DNA from: Amphiscolops sp. MND2022
Taxonomy: Eukaryota
Assembly: GCA_964187785.1 (NCBI GenBank)
Contig: OZ076409.1
Span: forward strand, 86,554,001 to 86,618,000
Direction: 5' to 3'
Length of the DNA: 64,000 nucleotides
Below are positions 51,721 to 64,000 of the stretch, in pieces (the stretch's first letter is position 1; every line of letters starts with the position of its first letter). A program made the position numbers and the translations under genes. Below the pieces are notes generated by a model. It searched no databases and was not told where the DNA came from. It saw only the letters and a program-made list of their open reading frames with translations.

Positions 51721-52599
51721 TCAAGTTGTGTGTTAGATGTTTGAAACTAGTCAGTGGTCCTTGGTTTTGTTTTATGTCGCCATCTCCTGCTCGTTCAAGT
51801 TTGATCATTTGAACTGAGCTACTTCTCACAGATGATTTGTAGGTAGATATGTAATTTATTCAGCGAGAAGACTTCAACCTATAAGTTGAACTTTCTATAT
51901 TCGCATTTGATGAAGTTTTCCCTATAAAAATCAAAAAAATACATGTAATGTAGTAATACGAAAGCTTAGAGGCCTTTCAGCATGATTCATTCAAGGTAGG
52001 TAAAGTTCAAAGCTAAATTACTTACTCAAACTCATCAATTACACGCTGAAAAACCCCCATGTAAAGATAGCTTTGTTTATATGTATTCAAACGATGGGAA
52101 GTGTTATTTCTTTGAGGATACTTATATCCATTTCAGTTTTGAAAAGTGATGTTAGCTCGCCTCGGCCGCTGCATTATCACACCATTGGGTGTGGGGAGTA
52201 CGTATGATAGAAGCTGGTTTTTTAAAAAATGGTACCCCAGGTTGATGGTTAAAATGGATATCATAAAAGAAAGCCTACGGATTTTCTAGGTCGCAAAGAA
52301 TGCTGGCAAGAGGACACACTTTAACTGATACATCGGCCGCCACTTGTTCCCAATTCACATCATTAATCAGAATTTTGAAGTTGCTTATTCTTTCAATGTT
52401 GGCGGTGTCGGGCGCGTTTTGTTTGAGAAAGAACTTAGGAGAGAGAGAGTTTGAGAGAGAACCACCAGAACCAGGTGATCCGGCTGGATGATGTTATTGA
52501 TAGTTGAAACTAGTTCCTTATAAACCTCAAACAGTTCTTCCGGGCTTTGGTTACTCTTTAATAATGACTTTGTACCATCTTGAACGACTACTGAGCCTC

Positions 52600-55500
52600 A
52601 GAAAGTTCACGCATGTCCGCACTTTAAAAGCATGTCATTTTTTGATGGAACCAAACTCGTTAGACCTAAATATTAATTGTTTGCAGCCTGGCCGTGGCGT
52701 GGGTGTCTCTACCTCTATGTTTACCTGCTGAAAGCGTGAAATGAAGCACAACTCTCTTGCATCACGACAAACATTTGCAAGCAAATTCAACAAGCAAAAG
52801 GACGATTCAATTTAATGCAGCTTGCACTGAAACAGCAAAACCCATGAACCTGATGTATTTTGTCACTGCAACGCATCAACCGAACGCCAACAGCAATTTT
52901 TCGTTCCAAACAGAGGCTGCAAAGACACAGAAACCCTTGGGAGTGTTTGCAATCAAACTCAACAATGTTGATGAGACAATCTTCATGTAATTCCAAAATG
53001 ACGAAGGAAATAGCAACAAAAACGACCGATGTTCCACAACTGCGTCAAGTCAGCCGTCTGCTGTTGGCAGATCCCGCGTTCGACGAGATGAATAAAATAG
53101 GTATACTTTTAGGCGCTGATGGGCTCGAAAAAAAGTTTATAGGTAACCGAATGAATGACAAAGGTGTCGTCATACGTGGGTCTCATTTTGGCTTGATTGT
53201 TTTTGGCCCTGTTCAAAAACCATAATCTGAGAACACTTTTTCGGATTCAGTCAATAAATTAATAATTGCATTTGGAGCCGCACTGAGGACCGAAGTTCAA
53301 AACGTTGGGAACAGTGCTGCTTGCCTGATAAAAAACATCTTTCAAGTGGAAAGAGGGAATGTGGAAGTAAACTTGTTCAAACCAGAAGGAGTAAAGCTGA
53401 AGGCCGATTTGTTGTTGAATTGCCTACTTACAAGAATGTTGAAAGTCCTATCGAAGTTGTTGCAGTGAAACGTTTCCTCAACGTAGAGAAACATTTCTGA
53501 GCAAGAAAAAACGAGTGAACTGTAAGTCCGTGACAGAAGTCATAGAGTGGGCCAATTAGAAAAAGTGCTTGAAAAAACTTAGAGACAAAAGTTACTCTTA
53601 GTTTCTTAATTACTGTATTCAAAAATCAGATAGTAACACCACGAAATCAAGATTAGTCTTTGACACGAGTGCTAAGACTACTTACCACTTCAGAAATATC
53701 CTCAAAGTAGTGTCTTAAGAAAGATGCTAAGCTTCAGGATGAAAATTTTGATATTCTTATCGAATTTCAATTCTTCAAAGTCAAAATAAGTGCGGATGTA
53801 GTTAAAATGTATCGACGGGTCGAGCGCAACGGAAAACGTTGTGATTATCATAGATTTCTATGGCAATTCATTCCCAAAGGATGCGTTCAAAGTTCCTTTT
53901 GACAAGTATAACGTACGACGAAGCAAAGTCTTCGTATCATTCAATCCGTTGACAGTTAGATTGTGGAAAGCCTGAAGACAGACCAAGCAAAACGTCAACA
54001 GCAGTTCGACGGGATGTTTATGTCGATGACGTTTTAACAAGAGCAACTGGTGAGCAGGAAGCTACACAACTCCAGACAAGCCTGATTAGCAATTTGAAAA
54101 AAAAATACAACTCGATTTGGGGAAGTTGACGTGTATTGAATCGCAAGTCACTTTGTCTTTACCCCCGGAATAGCGGGAGGCCAATGAGGATCTCGACGTC
54201 CTGCAAGACACACACACACCATCAAAAAATTGTGTATCGTGTTGAAACCGAAGTATGACGTTTTTCGTTTCGAGGTGAAAGAAATAAACGAAACAATATT
54301 GACAGAGGCACTCACATAACGGCAAGTCTTTAGTGACACAGCAAATGTTTTCAACCTAATGGGTTGGCTATCGCCAATAAGAATGGGAAAGGAAAAACTT
54401 CATGCAAACAGTTTGGGGTGCCAAGTTGGAATGGGGTGACAATCTTTCCAACACTTCATCGAAAGTTATTTAGAAAGGAGATCGAAACTGGCTGATCTAA
54501 GGGGAAACAATTAGCAAGCGTTCCCAAGCGAAATTAAACTGAATTGACTGCAATGCATGTCTTCTGTGACGCGTCCGAGATTGGTTATGACGCTTGTATC
54601 TATGTAGTAGCCCAAGATGAAAACGGTGCGTAGAGCAATTCTGCTTTCTTCTAAAGCAAAAAAGTCCCTTTAAACGCACGGTCATTTCCTCGTCTGGAAC
54701 TTTGTGCAGCATTACTAGGTTCTGTGCTAATGAAAGCATCTCAAAAAATTTTAGCAAGTTGAGCTCACACAACGAGCAGGTTTACACATGAAAGTGCTCT
54801 ACAATAGTGTTGACTCGACTGCAGGCGGCTGAAGCCAACTACTGGGCAACGTTTGTAGCCAAGAAACTTATTTCTGGAAGTTTATACATGTAGAAACCCC
54901 TGACAAACCAGCTGACTTTTATTCTAGACATACTGACCCATCTAAGTTGAAAATTTGTTGTTTGGGGTAAACAGGCCGTAAATGGCTGACTACAGAAACC
55001 TTTTCTGAAGTGTTTCATTCAACAGCCATAAGTAAAGATACGAAACCGTAAGCTAGTACAATTCGAACGCTTGCAACGGAAAATCGAGAAACATATGATC
55101 AGAGCGGTAATGTAATCAACCGATGTCAGCAAAACGTTCTCTGGACAAAACCCGGATAGTTGTCCAAATCAGGTGCTTAATAGATGAGTGTATTTTCAAG
55201 AATATGGCCAGTTAGCTCAAATTGACCACCCAGACGAAACGAAGTATCCAAGGCTGATTCCTCAGAAGAGCGATTTAGCAAGACTGGTTATTTCAGACAC
55301 TCATCTTTTCATTTAGAACGGAGGAGCAACACAAACCATAGGTCAAACAAAAGTACATGGTTGGAGAAACCAAGTTCGCAATTGGCTTCTAAATTTCGTG
55401 ACTTGTTCGCGATTTGTTGGTTAGCACCGGGATATTTTCCGCTGAAAACTTAACACTTCTGCACGAGTTCGAACCCACAATCTCGTGTCTGGCAGGCAGA

Positions 55501-56620
55501 CACATCACTAATTGCGTCATGTTGACTAAAACAAACATAATGAAGTAAACATATGGAGATAGGGCAGAATTGGGAAAAACACGCAACACAGAATGAGGTT
55601 TCTCCCGCAAAATATTTGGACGGAAATTAACAAAAAAACAGCTTTTCTAGAAATAGGGTTAGACTTTTGTCTTCTTTTTTTGAGGTGCCGGAACCTAAAA
55701 GCAACAAGTATTCAGCGTTATTTGTCTGTTTAGCAGGCAAGGCTGTAATTTTGAAGCTTGCATCAGAACTACTGACAATCGATTGTACTGCCGTATTACG
55801 ACGTTTCACGTCACGAAGGTGTTGTCCGAGAACATTGTACCAGGATAATGCCACAAATTTTACCGGCTCACAATAAGCACTTAAAAAATTGCAGTAAGTC
55901 TTCAAAAGGAGCTACCAAGATTCTTTGCAGGCAGCATCAGCTGGTGTTGTAATCTTGTGGAACTTTTAACATCCGAATGTTTCTCATTGTGCTGGGTTAT
56001 GGGAGGCTGGATCAAAAAGCGCGAATCTTCGTTTGAGGTGCATAATAGGACATCACGTCCATACTCCTGAAACATTAACAACTTTGTTTTTTCAGGTTGA
56101 GAATTTTTTGAATTCCCGTCCAATTGTTGTTTTCCGAGGATGCAAAAAGTGGTGTTATTTTAACACCTGCGGATTTGAAACTCAAAACGAAATTCCAAAC
56201 CTTCCCGCCAATAGAAACTCCAAAGGAGGAAAATATCGCCAGTTGTACTTCAACAGTCAGATGGGCGCACATTCATACGGGCTCCTACAATTTTGGAAGC
56301 ACTGGCATAACGAATGCGTGACGTCTCTACAACAAAGAAACAAGTAGTGCAAAGATGTTACCATTTTGAAGGTGGCTGATGTTGAATTAGTCACTGATGA
56401 CAATGTGGCGCCATTACAGTGGCCGTTAGAACGTAGTGTACATGTTTTTTGTAATCTTGACAACTTTGTGCGAATCGTCAAAAACTGAAAGCGATCTAGA
56501 AATTACTGACAGAGCTGTACAAGAACACAAAAAACGCCTCTACTTTTTGAATAAAATGTTTTCTCAGTTCTTCATTTGTTGTGCCATTTACAAGGTCTTT
56601 CACAAAGCGGGCGGGGTATA
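52600..56620 (+). mobile_element. Degenerate BEL/Pao LTR retrotransposon (gag-pol remnant)
   Basis: LADPAF...IGILLGAD; DVVKMYRRV; YVDDVL; HVFCDASE.GY.ACIY; ELCAALLG; LFVCLAGKAVIL.L...LRRFTSRR..P...YQDNATNFTG; LNSRP; FWKHWHNE. PPT-like GGCGGGGTA at about 56612. Confidence 0.88.
55415..55632 (-). mobile_element. Second short tRNA-containing element with family A-like termini, inserted in the BEL integrase
   Basis: GATATTTTCCGC...GCACGAGTTCGAACCCACAATCTCGTGTCTG...ATATTTGGACGGAAATTAACAA; homologous to 10918-11129. Confidence 0.65.
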
Positions 56621-56829
56621 ATTGGAGATAACTCTCAAAATTGAAACTGTCTGTATTTTGAATTTGTTTGACTTTTTTGAAGGTAAATTCACACGTTATC
56701 AAAGAACTCTATTTTCTCAAACGTGTCTCAGAAGGCATTTTATTGATTTTGTGATTATACAATGATTATAATATTTTGCAATTGCATGTACTTTTTTGTT
56801 TTTTTTCTGCCATGTGATATAGTGTTCAG

Positions 56830-59230
56830 GATGGATTTTACTCTAAAGTTCCTGGCAAATTTTTATGCTAACATTTGCCGCTAAAAATACTGAATTTCTT
56901 CTTTATTGGAAAATAACGAGAAATCAAGTCTTCCATTCATTGAATCTTCCCCTGTTCTGTAGAATGCCAGAGTGGTCCGCTGATTCCGCCGATTTATGGT
57001 GGCGATGGTTCCATAAATACCTTGATTCAGGAGTCTGGGTACAACAGCATCCACAAACGTGACATCCCACAAGAACTGTTTACCCGTTTCTCAAGGAGTC
57101 GTGTTAACACCGTCTGGGAGTTTGCCATAAGTTCAGTAAAGTCCATGCGCCTAGAGCATTGAAGGCCAGTCGAGGGCTATCAACGTCTGCTTTATGAGAG
57201 AATTGAGAGTTACATGATGTGAGAAACCACCAGCAATCTTGGTGCAAGAAGGACTGTGTAAACTGTCCCGTTCAACTCTTTTACCACAGTGGCACGTATA
57301 CGCAATACAGAAGTTGGCTCCGAGACGTGAACCGATTGAAATCCGAAGCTGCTGATCATCAAGTTCAGGGCCCACGTTTTTCCAAGGAACGAAGGTTCAC
57401 TGAGACACGAAATTGTGAACGAAGCAACTACTGAGGTTTCCGGAAAAAAAATCGTTAAAAAGTCACTCGGACCAAAAGTTGAGCTAAAGGAGGGGGAATT
57501 GCTAATAATGATGTGGATGAAACCCCAAGACCAGCCATCTCAGCAGGCAGAGCCAGCTGAATACTCGACATGTCATCAAAAATTACGTTACAGACTTCGG
57601 TAAGCGTACGGTTTGTCATACATTTCAAAGAGAGCTGGTTGATTTAAACAAGTACTTCTTTTCAAGAATTGCAACAACTTTGGCGGACTGAAACAATCTT
57701 TCAACAGAACAAACATGAAGCGCATCCAGTTCTTCAACAATTCAGATAACTTTTTGTTCATTTCAGTAAGTTTCTTTTCCAATAAGTGTGCCTGCGGTTT
57801 CAGGCCAAGCATTGAACTAAGAATGAGATGTTCATCTTTCGTTAGTACTTCCATCAGAGTAGATTTTTTGGAACAATGCTAAAATTGTTGATCGTCATTT
57901 TCAGTGATGTCACCAGGAAAAAACAAATTCACATTTCGTGGGTCTAATTTAGAGTCTCAGCGTTTTTTCCGCTTCAGCATTTTTTTTGAGATCTTTCAAA
58001 GCGGTTCTGTAATCATTACTCAAATTTCCATCAGCGAGGTACCACAAGTTCATTTTCGACTCAAAACATTCAATCGGATGGAATTCGAAAACAAAGCTGA
58101 AGTTTCAGCATCTCCGTGCTGGGTCCGTGGATCAAATTTGATTACTGCATCACCGTAAATAAGGAAAATTTGACTGAATTTGCGCCGCGTGTGAGTACTT
58201 ATATAATTCAGTTTGTCTTCCAAAAGTTTCTTGCGCATGAATTGCCGGTTAATCGAATTGGAAGCGTTGACAGAGTCAATGTTTAAGATTATGTGTTCTT
58301 TGAGCAGTGGTTTTTAGTCAGACAACGGAACAAATGTGAGGTCACTTTAGCTTTCTTTTTTGTTCCTACACGTACGTGTCGACTTCCTTATCATGTTTGA
58401 CGTGATCCGGCGACATGGTATCGGACAGATTTTGCCGACAATCGGCGGAATGAATTGTCTACAGCGATCGGACTATGTGCTATATTGAGCTTTTTTAACG
58501 CAACTGTTTTCGCACCAAAGAAGTACGGTCGAGGTTTGTGGAGATTTTTCCTTTAATATTCACAATCGCAAGATTTGTTAAGGCTCCGACAAAGTTCAGT
58601 CAAGCTCGTTCAATCAACTTAGCAGTCAAAGTGTACAAAAATTGGTGTGAAAGGCCAGTCAAACCTGCACTAGAGCCGTTGGGGAAGGACATGAGAGCCT
58701 TGTCGACGAAGAACTTCGATGTTGAAAAACCTGCGATATCTCCGGGGAACGAAACAAAGCAAGTTTAACTCAGATTCAGCTTGAGGACCGCGTTGTTGTC
58801 GACCGTAAAATCTGCAACCTCAACGTCGCCGACTGCCATTTTGATTCCTGGCTCAACATTCCCTTTGTCTAATTTAGTGCAAATGGAACGCAGTCGTCGA
58901 TCTAACTCGCTTTTCTGTTGCGGTTTTCTCTGGCATTTTGGTTTTTTCTCAAGGACACCATCTCGAATAGGTTTGTTGACAATTGCACTGAGTGATGATT
59001 TCTGACGTTTACCTCTTCAAGGCGGTTTGTCCAAAAAAACAGCGTGGAGAGGACAGAAGTAAGCACCACAAAGCAATAAACGACGGAATTGGAAAATTTT
59101 GTTAATTATGGGTATCATGTTTTCAACTAGGGTGTTCCGTAAATTTTTGAGAACTCTTTTCTGATGAACAACGCCTGAATTGCAAAGGGTGTCGGGTTTA
59201 GATTCAAACTCATGACACTGATGGAAAGTG
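56830..59230 (-). mobile_element. Degenerate CRE-clade non-LTR retrotransposon (RT + restriction-like endonuclease)
   Basis: AKAPGPDG-like AGFSTSK, PIAVDNSFRRL, QHGDAETSALFS, NLWYLADG (WYLDDG). C-terminal RLG...CHCG...H..SC...HH..LN.LIK, LPDG, WDVT. Confidence 0.8.
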
Positions 59231-59276
59231 TTATAGCAACCCACTATACCATCTAGACGCAAAAGCAATGATTTAG

Positions 59277-59348
59277 ATCTGACAGAATTCGAACCTATCC
59301 TTCTATGTCGCGACCTGATGTGCTTACCGTTACACTAAAGCTCCGATA
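59277..59348 (-). pseudogene. tRNA-like SINE head remnant
   Basis: Minus strand TAGTGTAACGGTAAGCAC (A box) ... GGTTCGAATTC (B box); acceptor stem poor. Confidence 0.45.
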
Positions 59349-60289
59349 GTTGAGCAATACAACTAGACTTACCCCCCAAATTAGTAGTTGCTATAGTGTT
59401 CACTGAAAAGCGCCTACAACGTTTGAATTCGGCAAGCCCCGGGCTTTGTTCCTTGGTAAACTGGCTCACCTATTAAGGACCCTTCTGTTGCAAAACTTTC
59501 CAATTTACCCAGTCTGTCAACCCTGAGGGCTTCAGACACTAGAGAGCGTTGAAGGTTTCGTTGTTTTTCAAGAAAACCCAACCATGAGGTAATTGGGCAT
59601 GAGGTAATTAGGCACTAGAGGTAATTGGGCTCAAAGTCGTTTGGCATAATACTTTTGGTCACTTGGCTAAATTTCTTAGAGCAAAATGTCTTGGGTGATG
59701 GTCACTTGGCTTATAGTCATTTAGCTTGAAATTGCTAAGCTGAAAACGCGCGACACATTTTGTCGAAACTGTTTTTTAAACGTAGTCAGCTATCTTCACA
59801 TTCTCCTAGTGAACACAGGTGCGAAGCGACGTGCCATTTGTCCGTGCCTCAATGTTGCCACTTGGTGAAGGGAGCGGAACGATCAAGCCATACCAAATCA
59901 AGCTAAACTCTTCAAATAAATTCTAACCTTCAACCGTTTAGGCGTTTGGATGAAAGTTAAAATCAATTTTGGCCTTTAATAGTAGTAGTAATTGAAGAAT
60001 AGACTTCAGCGTTTAGCCCTAGGAGGTGTCCCCTTTTGATAATCCGAGTACTAAATTGGTCACCGTTTTTAAAGATCTTCCAAATCTGCATAAAAGCCTC
60101 CATGTACATTGTATTTCTTTCGAGAAAAGGTGTGGTAGATTCAAACTTCGTTTGGTCAAAGTTTTGGAGAAAAGAGGGACATTCGCAGTTAAATTCATTG
60201 TAGAGTCTCTTTGTGCGGGAAAGATGTCATCTGTCTTTTGGAGTCAAGACTGGGCTATTGGTAGCTCTCCTTTCCGAAACTGCCTGTTT

Positions 60290-62620
60290 GAATCATAGGC
60301 ATCTGGTAAGGTTTCATTGAGTACTACGTCATACTTGTCATTAAGCATAGCAAGTAATATCAGCATTACCACGTAGAGACTGAACAGGCGGAGGTTTAGT
60401 TCTTTCATTCTTTCGTAATAGAATATTTTTGGTCTTAAGATCGAACGAGCCATGTATGGGAGGCATATGTTACGATGGGGTCTACGTAGCCAATGTTTGC
60501 ATTCATTTTCGTTATGATGCATTTCCGTGAAAGTCTCCGTTTACATGTATGGGAGGCATATGTTACGATGGGCAATGTTTGCATTCATTTTCGTTATGAT
60601 GCATTTCCGTGAAAGTCTCCGTTTAATTAGGAAAAAAGCACCCATTGCTTTGGGTGCAGGTTGGTTACTGTTTTCATACCAGTTAAGGTTGTTTCTGGTA
60701 ATGACTCCTAAGTCGCAATTGAGATTCCCAAGCAACAGTTGAGAGGGGTTTTTTCATTACGGTAGCGATTTGTTCTGCTCGCAGATTGAAAAGTGTCAAT
60801 TTATTGATATTGGGCATCATTTTGTTTGCTTTCAACTAATTTTTTATTTTTACTGTTGAATACTCCAGCTGAATTTGTTTTCGGCTTATGAATTTGAAGT
60901 CATCTGCCTAGCTCAAGCTATCAACTTCAATGATTCAGGGAGATCGTTTGTGAACAGCAGAAAGCGGAGAGGACCCAAGATAGACCCCTGTGGGACACCA
61001 GTCATCACTGCCTTTGGGGAAGACTTGCTGTCCTCAATACAGACGTATAGTTTTCTATCAGCCAAATACAATTTTATTTCTGAAAACAGCTTTCCACCAA
61101 TTCCATAGTTTTCGATTTGCTGAATCAGGATGTTGTGTGGGGCAGTTTTAAAAACGCCGGCAAATTCGATATTTGATGCAGCTAGGCGGTTTGCTTCTAC
61201 CTTGTCATCGAATTCATGTATTCGGTCAAGGAACAATAATACTTTGACTGTCGCCGATCTCCATTTGCAAACTACAAAATGACAAAATGACTTTCTTGTG
61301 GTTTGTCTTTGGTATGCTTGTATATACCGTCAAATACAATTTTTTCCAGTATTATTGAGCAGCAACTCAGTAAACTGATCGGTCTGTAGCAACTTATGTC
61401 AGCTTTGTTGACTTCTTTGAATAGTGATGTCACTTGACAGAGTTTCTATATCTCTGGAAAATTGCCTTCAATGACAAAGGTTCTGAAGATGAGAGTTCAT
61501 GATTTGCTGAGAGTGCAGTGTTGTTCCTTTAGGACAAGGTTTCCGATCTTGACATGATCCATGGATTTGTTCACATTTAGATGCTAGATGTCACTAATTT
61601 GATACTATTTTGCTTTGAGTCGCTCCAGAGGTGCCGGTTCAGACATACTGTCAAGTTTCATTTAACTTTTGCTAAATATACTAACAAAGTAATCATTGAA
61701 ACGTTCCCATTTTTCATTACTATTGGTTGAGGCACTTAGGCCATTACTCACAAGAGGCATGATAGCTGTTGCTTTCCGAACACATTTGTGATACTTTTGT
61801 CGAAATGAACCTCGAAAATTGAGGTCTTTTCCTCATTTGAGGGATCTGGCAGAGTGAGTTTTTCTTTCTAAACTAGCTAATGACAACCTAGAAGTTTCCT
61901 TGAACTTCTAATGACAAACAAAAAAATAAGGATACCCACCCTGTCAACACGGCTTGTAGCTACCACAGATGCCCTTGGGATTTTTTTCCGGGTCACAAGT
62001 GATGCGCTAAGCTTCTTGGTGATTTACGAGAGAAAACCTTTTTCTCCGAATTTTAGTTCTGAAACTTTTTTTTCTTTCAGATTCTTCAAGCCATCTTCGG
62101 TGATGTGGATTCCGTCACCATTTGAGACATCTTTTTTGCCAAGGTAGTGGCCAACTCCTTTGAACTTCCAAGAATATTTTTTGCTCAGATCTAGAAGGAG
62201 GTTGTTGGCATCTTTTGTTCTGTTCGATTCGTCGTGTTGCGGTGGAAGGTCAAGAACGCAGGTTTCTTCTGCTCGATTGATCTATACGTTGGCGAGGTCT
62301 GTCAAGTCTTCAGCAATATCTTTTGCAGATCGATCTGATATCTTGCCACCTTGTAGAAACAATCGTTGTCACTAATAAACAAATTCATTATTGAGTATCT
62401 TTCGGGTGGCAAGAAGTCGTGGCAGTTTCTGATTCTGTATCCTGGCAGCGATAGGACGTAGATGACTCCACTCATCAGTTCAACTGTCTCAAGGTCTTCA
62501 GTTCGCTTCGAAAGCTGGGCCTTCTTCTGCTCTACTTGTGAGTCTGAGAAAAGAAGAAAGCTGCTGTCGGCTTTCATCAGGACGTTGATTCTCATTTACT
62601 ACGTCATTGACCTAATAACA
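60290..62620 (-). mobile_element. Degenerate CR1/L2-group LINE: SGNH-esterase-type ORF1 remnant plus RT
   Basis: ORF1: FSDSQV, FISDND, DGIH. RT: YRPISLL, HNILIQQIENYGIGG, TGVPQGSILGPL.FLLFTNDLP. Short tandem duplication at 60451-60622. Confidence 0.8.
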
Positions 62621-63009
62621 AATCAATGGTATTAGAGATGTTCGATTTGTTTGAGGGGAACCACGGTTTTTCTCGATTTCAATAATCAGAACAATCTTAT
62701 TTAATGAGTTGTTTTAGCCGTTTTTTGAGTTAGATTGTACTTGGCTTAAATTGGGTTGCCAGTTGGCCTAGAAATTGATAAGGTATTTTGAGATCGAATT
62801 TTTGTGTGATCGAAAAACGAGATCGAAATGAATCAAAACGTTTGAGATCGAGTTGTTCCAATTTCGCTAAGTTTTTGCACCCTGCAAAACGTTCGAAAGC
62901 GTTTAAAACGTTTTACGTACTTTTCCCCACATAATATGGTGACATATCCCGTGTACTACATTTTCCATTACTATTGGTTGAGACACTTAAGCCATTACTC
63001 ACAATAGTT

Positions 63010-63700
63010 TCTAGTGTTTTAAGTACTATTTGGCCTCCTTCTCTACTCTACACTAATCAAGTATTAATGTTTCAACATTCAACTGCTAGAAGTGCAGGTA
63101 TTCTAAACCCAGGTAATTTAGCAATCATACCCCAACATATTATTATGGTGAGATTATTTTTGGTACACAAACTTTCAATTGTAAATCGTGATCACGATGA
63201 AATTAAGGCAATCTACATACAAAATGCTAGACAATCCTCAGTCAGTATTTTTAAGAAGGAGGTGGATGAGTATTACAGGCACTTATGGCAACGAGAAATA
63301 AAGCAAGGTCTTTATGTACTCAAACTACTCAGGGCTTAAAGTAAGAAACAGCATCATGAAAATGCTTGCACCATATCCTAGGAAAGTTTCTGTCAAAACG
63401 CTACGTGTTCTAATGAATGATTTTGAAGTACGCGAAATATTATGCAGAAGTAAAAAGAGCAAAACCGATATTTGTCCCTATTGTAAAGTTGTTGGTGATA
63501 CTGCACATTTCTTGTTTTCCTGTGTCTCATATCAAGAACACCGATGGAGTTTCATTAAGGAGCTTCAAAATCAAAACATTGACGAAACGCTAATTGGTTT
63601 GCTAAATTGCGAAAACAAGCATGTTATAAACGCGTTGGCTGGCTTTATTGCAAGCATCAATTAGTTCTTATAACTCTGCAATCCTCACTTGTCTTCCTTC
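63010..63700 (+). pseudogene. 3' end of a non-LTR retrotransposon ORF2 with C-terminal CCHC zinc knuckle
   Basis: ICPYCKVVGDTAHFLFSC (C-X2-C-X7-H-X4-C), preceded by YYRHLWQRE. Confidence 0.65.
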
Positions 63701-64000
63701 ATGTGTCAATTCTATTTATACTATTTACTTTGTTCTGGAATCAATGATAGAAAGTCATTTGTACTGCCACATCTCGAAAGTTTTTCGATCTCTTCTTCTT
63801 CTTCTAGCCGATGTATGCACGCTCGCCCTCACCGTCGCAAAGATCAGCTCCCACTACGATCGCTTCGCTATTTCCGTTCCCTTTGGTCTTTGCTCCCGTT
63901 CGACCTCGCCAAGCCAGATGGGAACATAAGAAGGTCCCAAGGGGCCGCGGGGCACTAGAAGAAATGGGGTCATACATGAGGGCCAAATATATGGGTATTT

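Noticed and set aside
52190..52545. Possible BEL 5' LTR
   Set aside because: No matching second LTR after 56620 and only a weak PBS-like sequence.
59580..59730. GAGGTAATTGGGC x3 and GGTCACTTGGCT short repeats
   Set aside because: Probably subterminal repeats of an unidentified TE fragment; no boundaries could be defined.

Overview
AT-rich eukaryotic DNA, most likely a repeat-rich invertebrate genome (inferred from the transposon families; the species cannot be determined). Beyond about 3.8 kb the window is almost entirely a nested graveyard of transposable elements, and I see no convincing multi-exon host gene. It contains: several non-autonomous Helentron/DINE-1-like elements, two of which carry a tRNA-like Pol III cassette; a 2.8-kb CCC...GGG TIR element (CACTA/CMC-like, 2-bp TSD) carrying an intact 82-aa Tollip-like CUE-domain ORF and a 175-bp tandem array; a 12.8-kb degenerate Gypsy element with 1.6-1.9-kb LTRs, a long antisense accessory ORF resembling a hAT-type transposase, and an extra sense ORF; a decayed Polinton/adintovirus-like element (pPolB, penton-like, integrase C-terminus) interrupted by a 3.7-kb Gypsy element lacking RT (perfect GGAAC TSD); a BEL/Pao element; a CRE-like RLE element; and several LINE remnants. 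Family assignments come from motifs recognised by eye, not database searches, and boundaries of degenerate elements are approximate.
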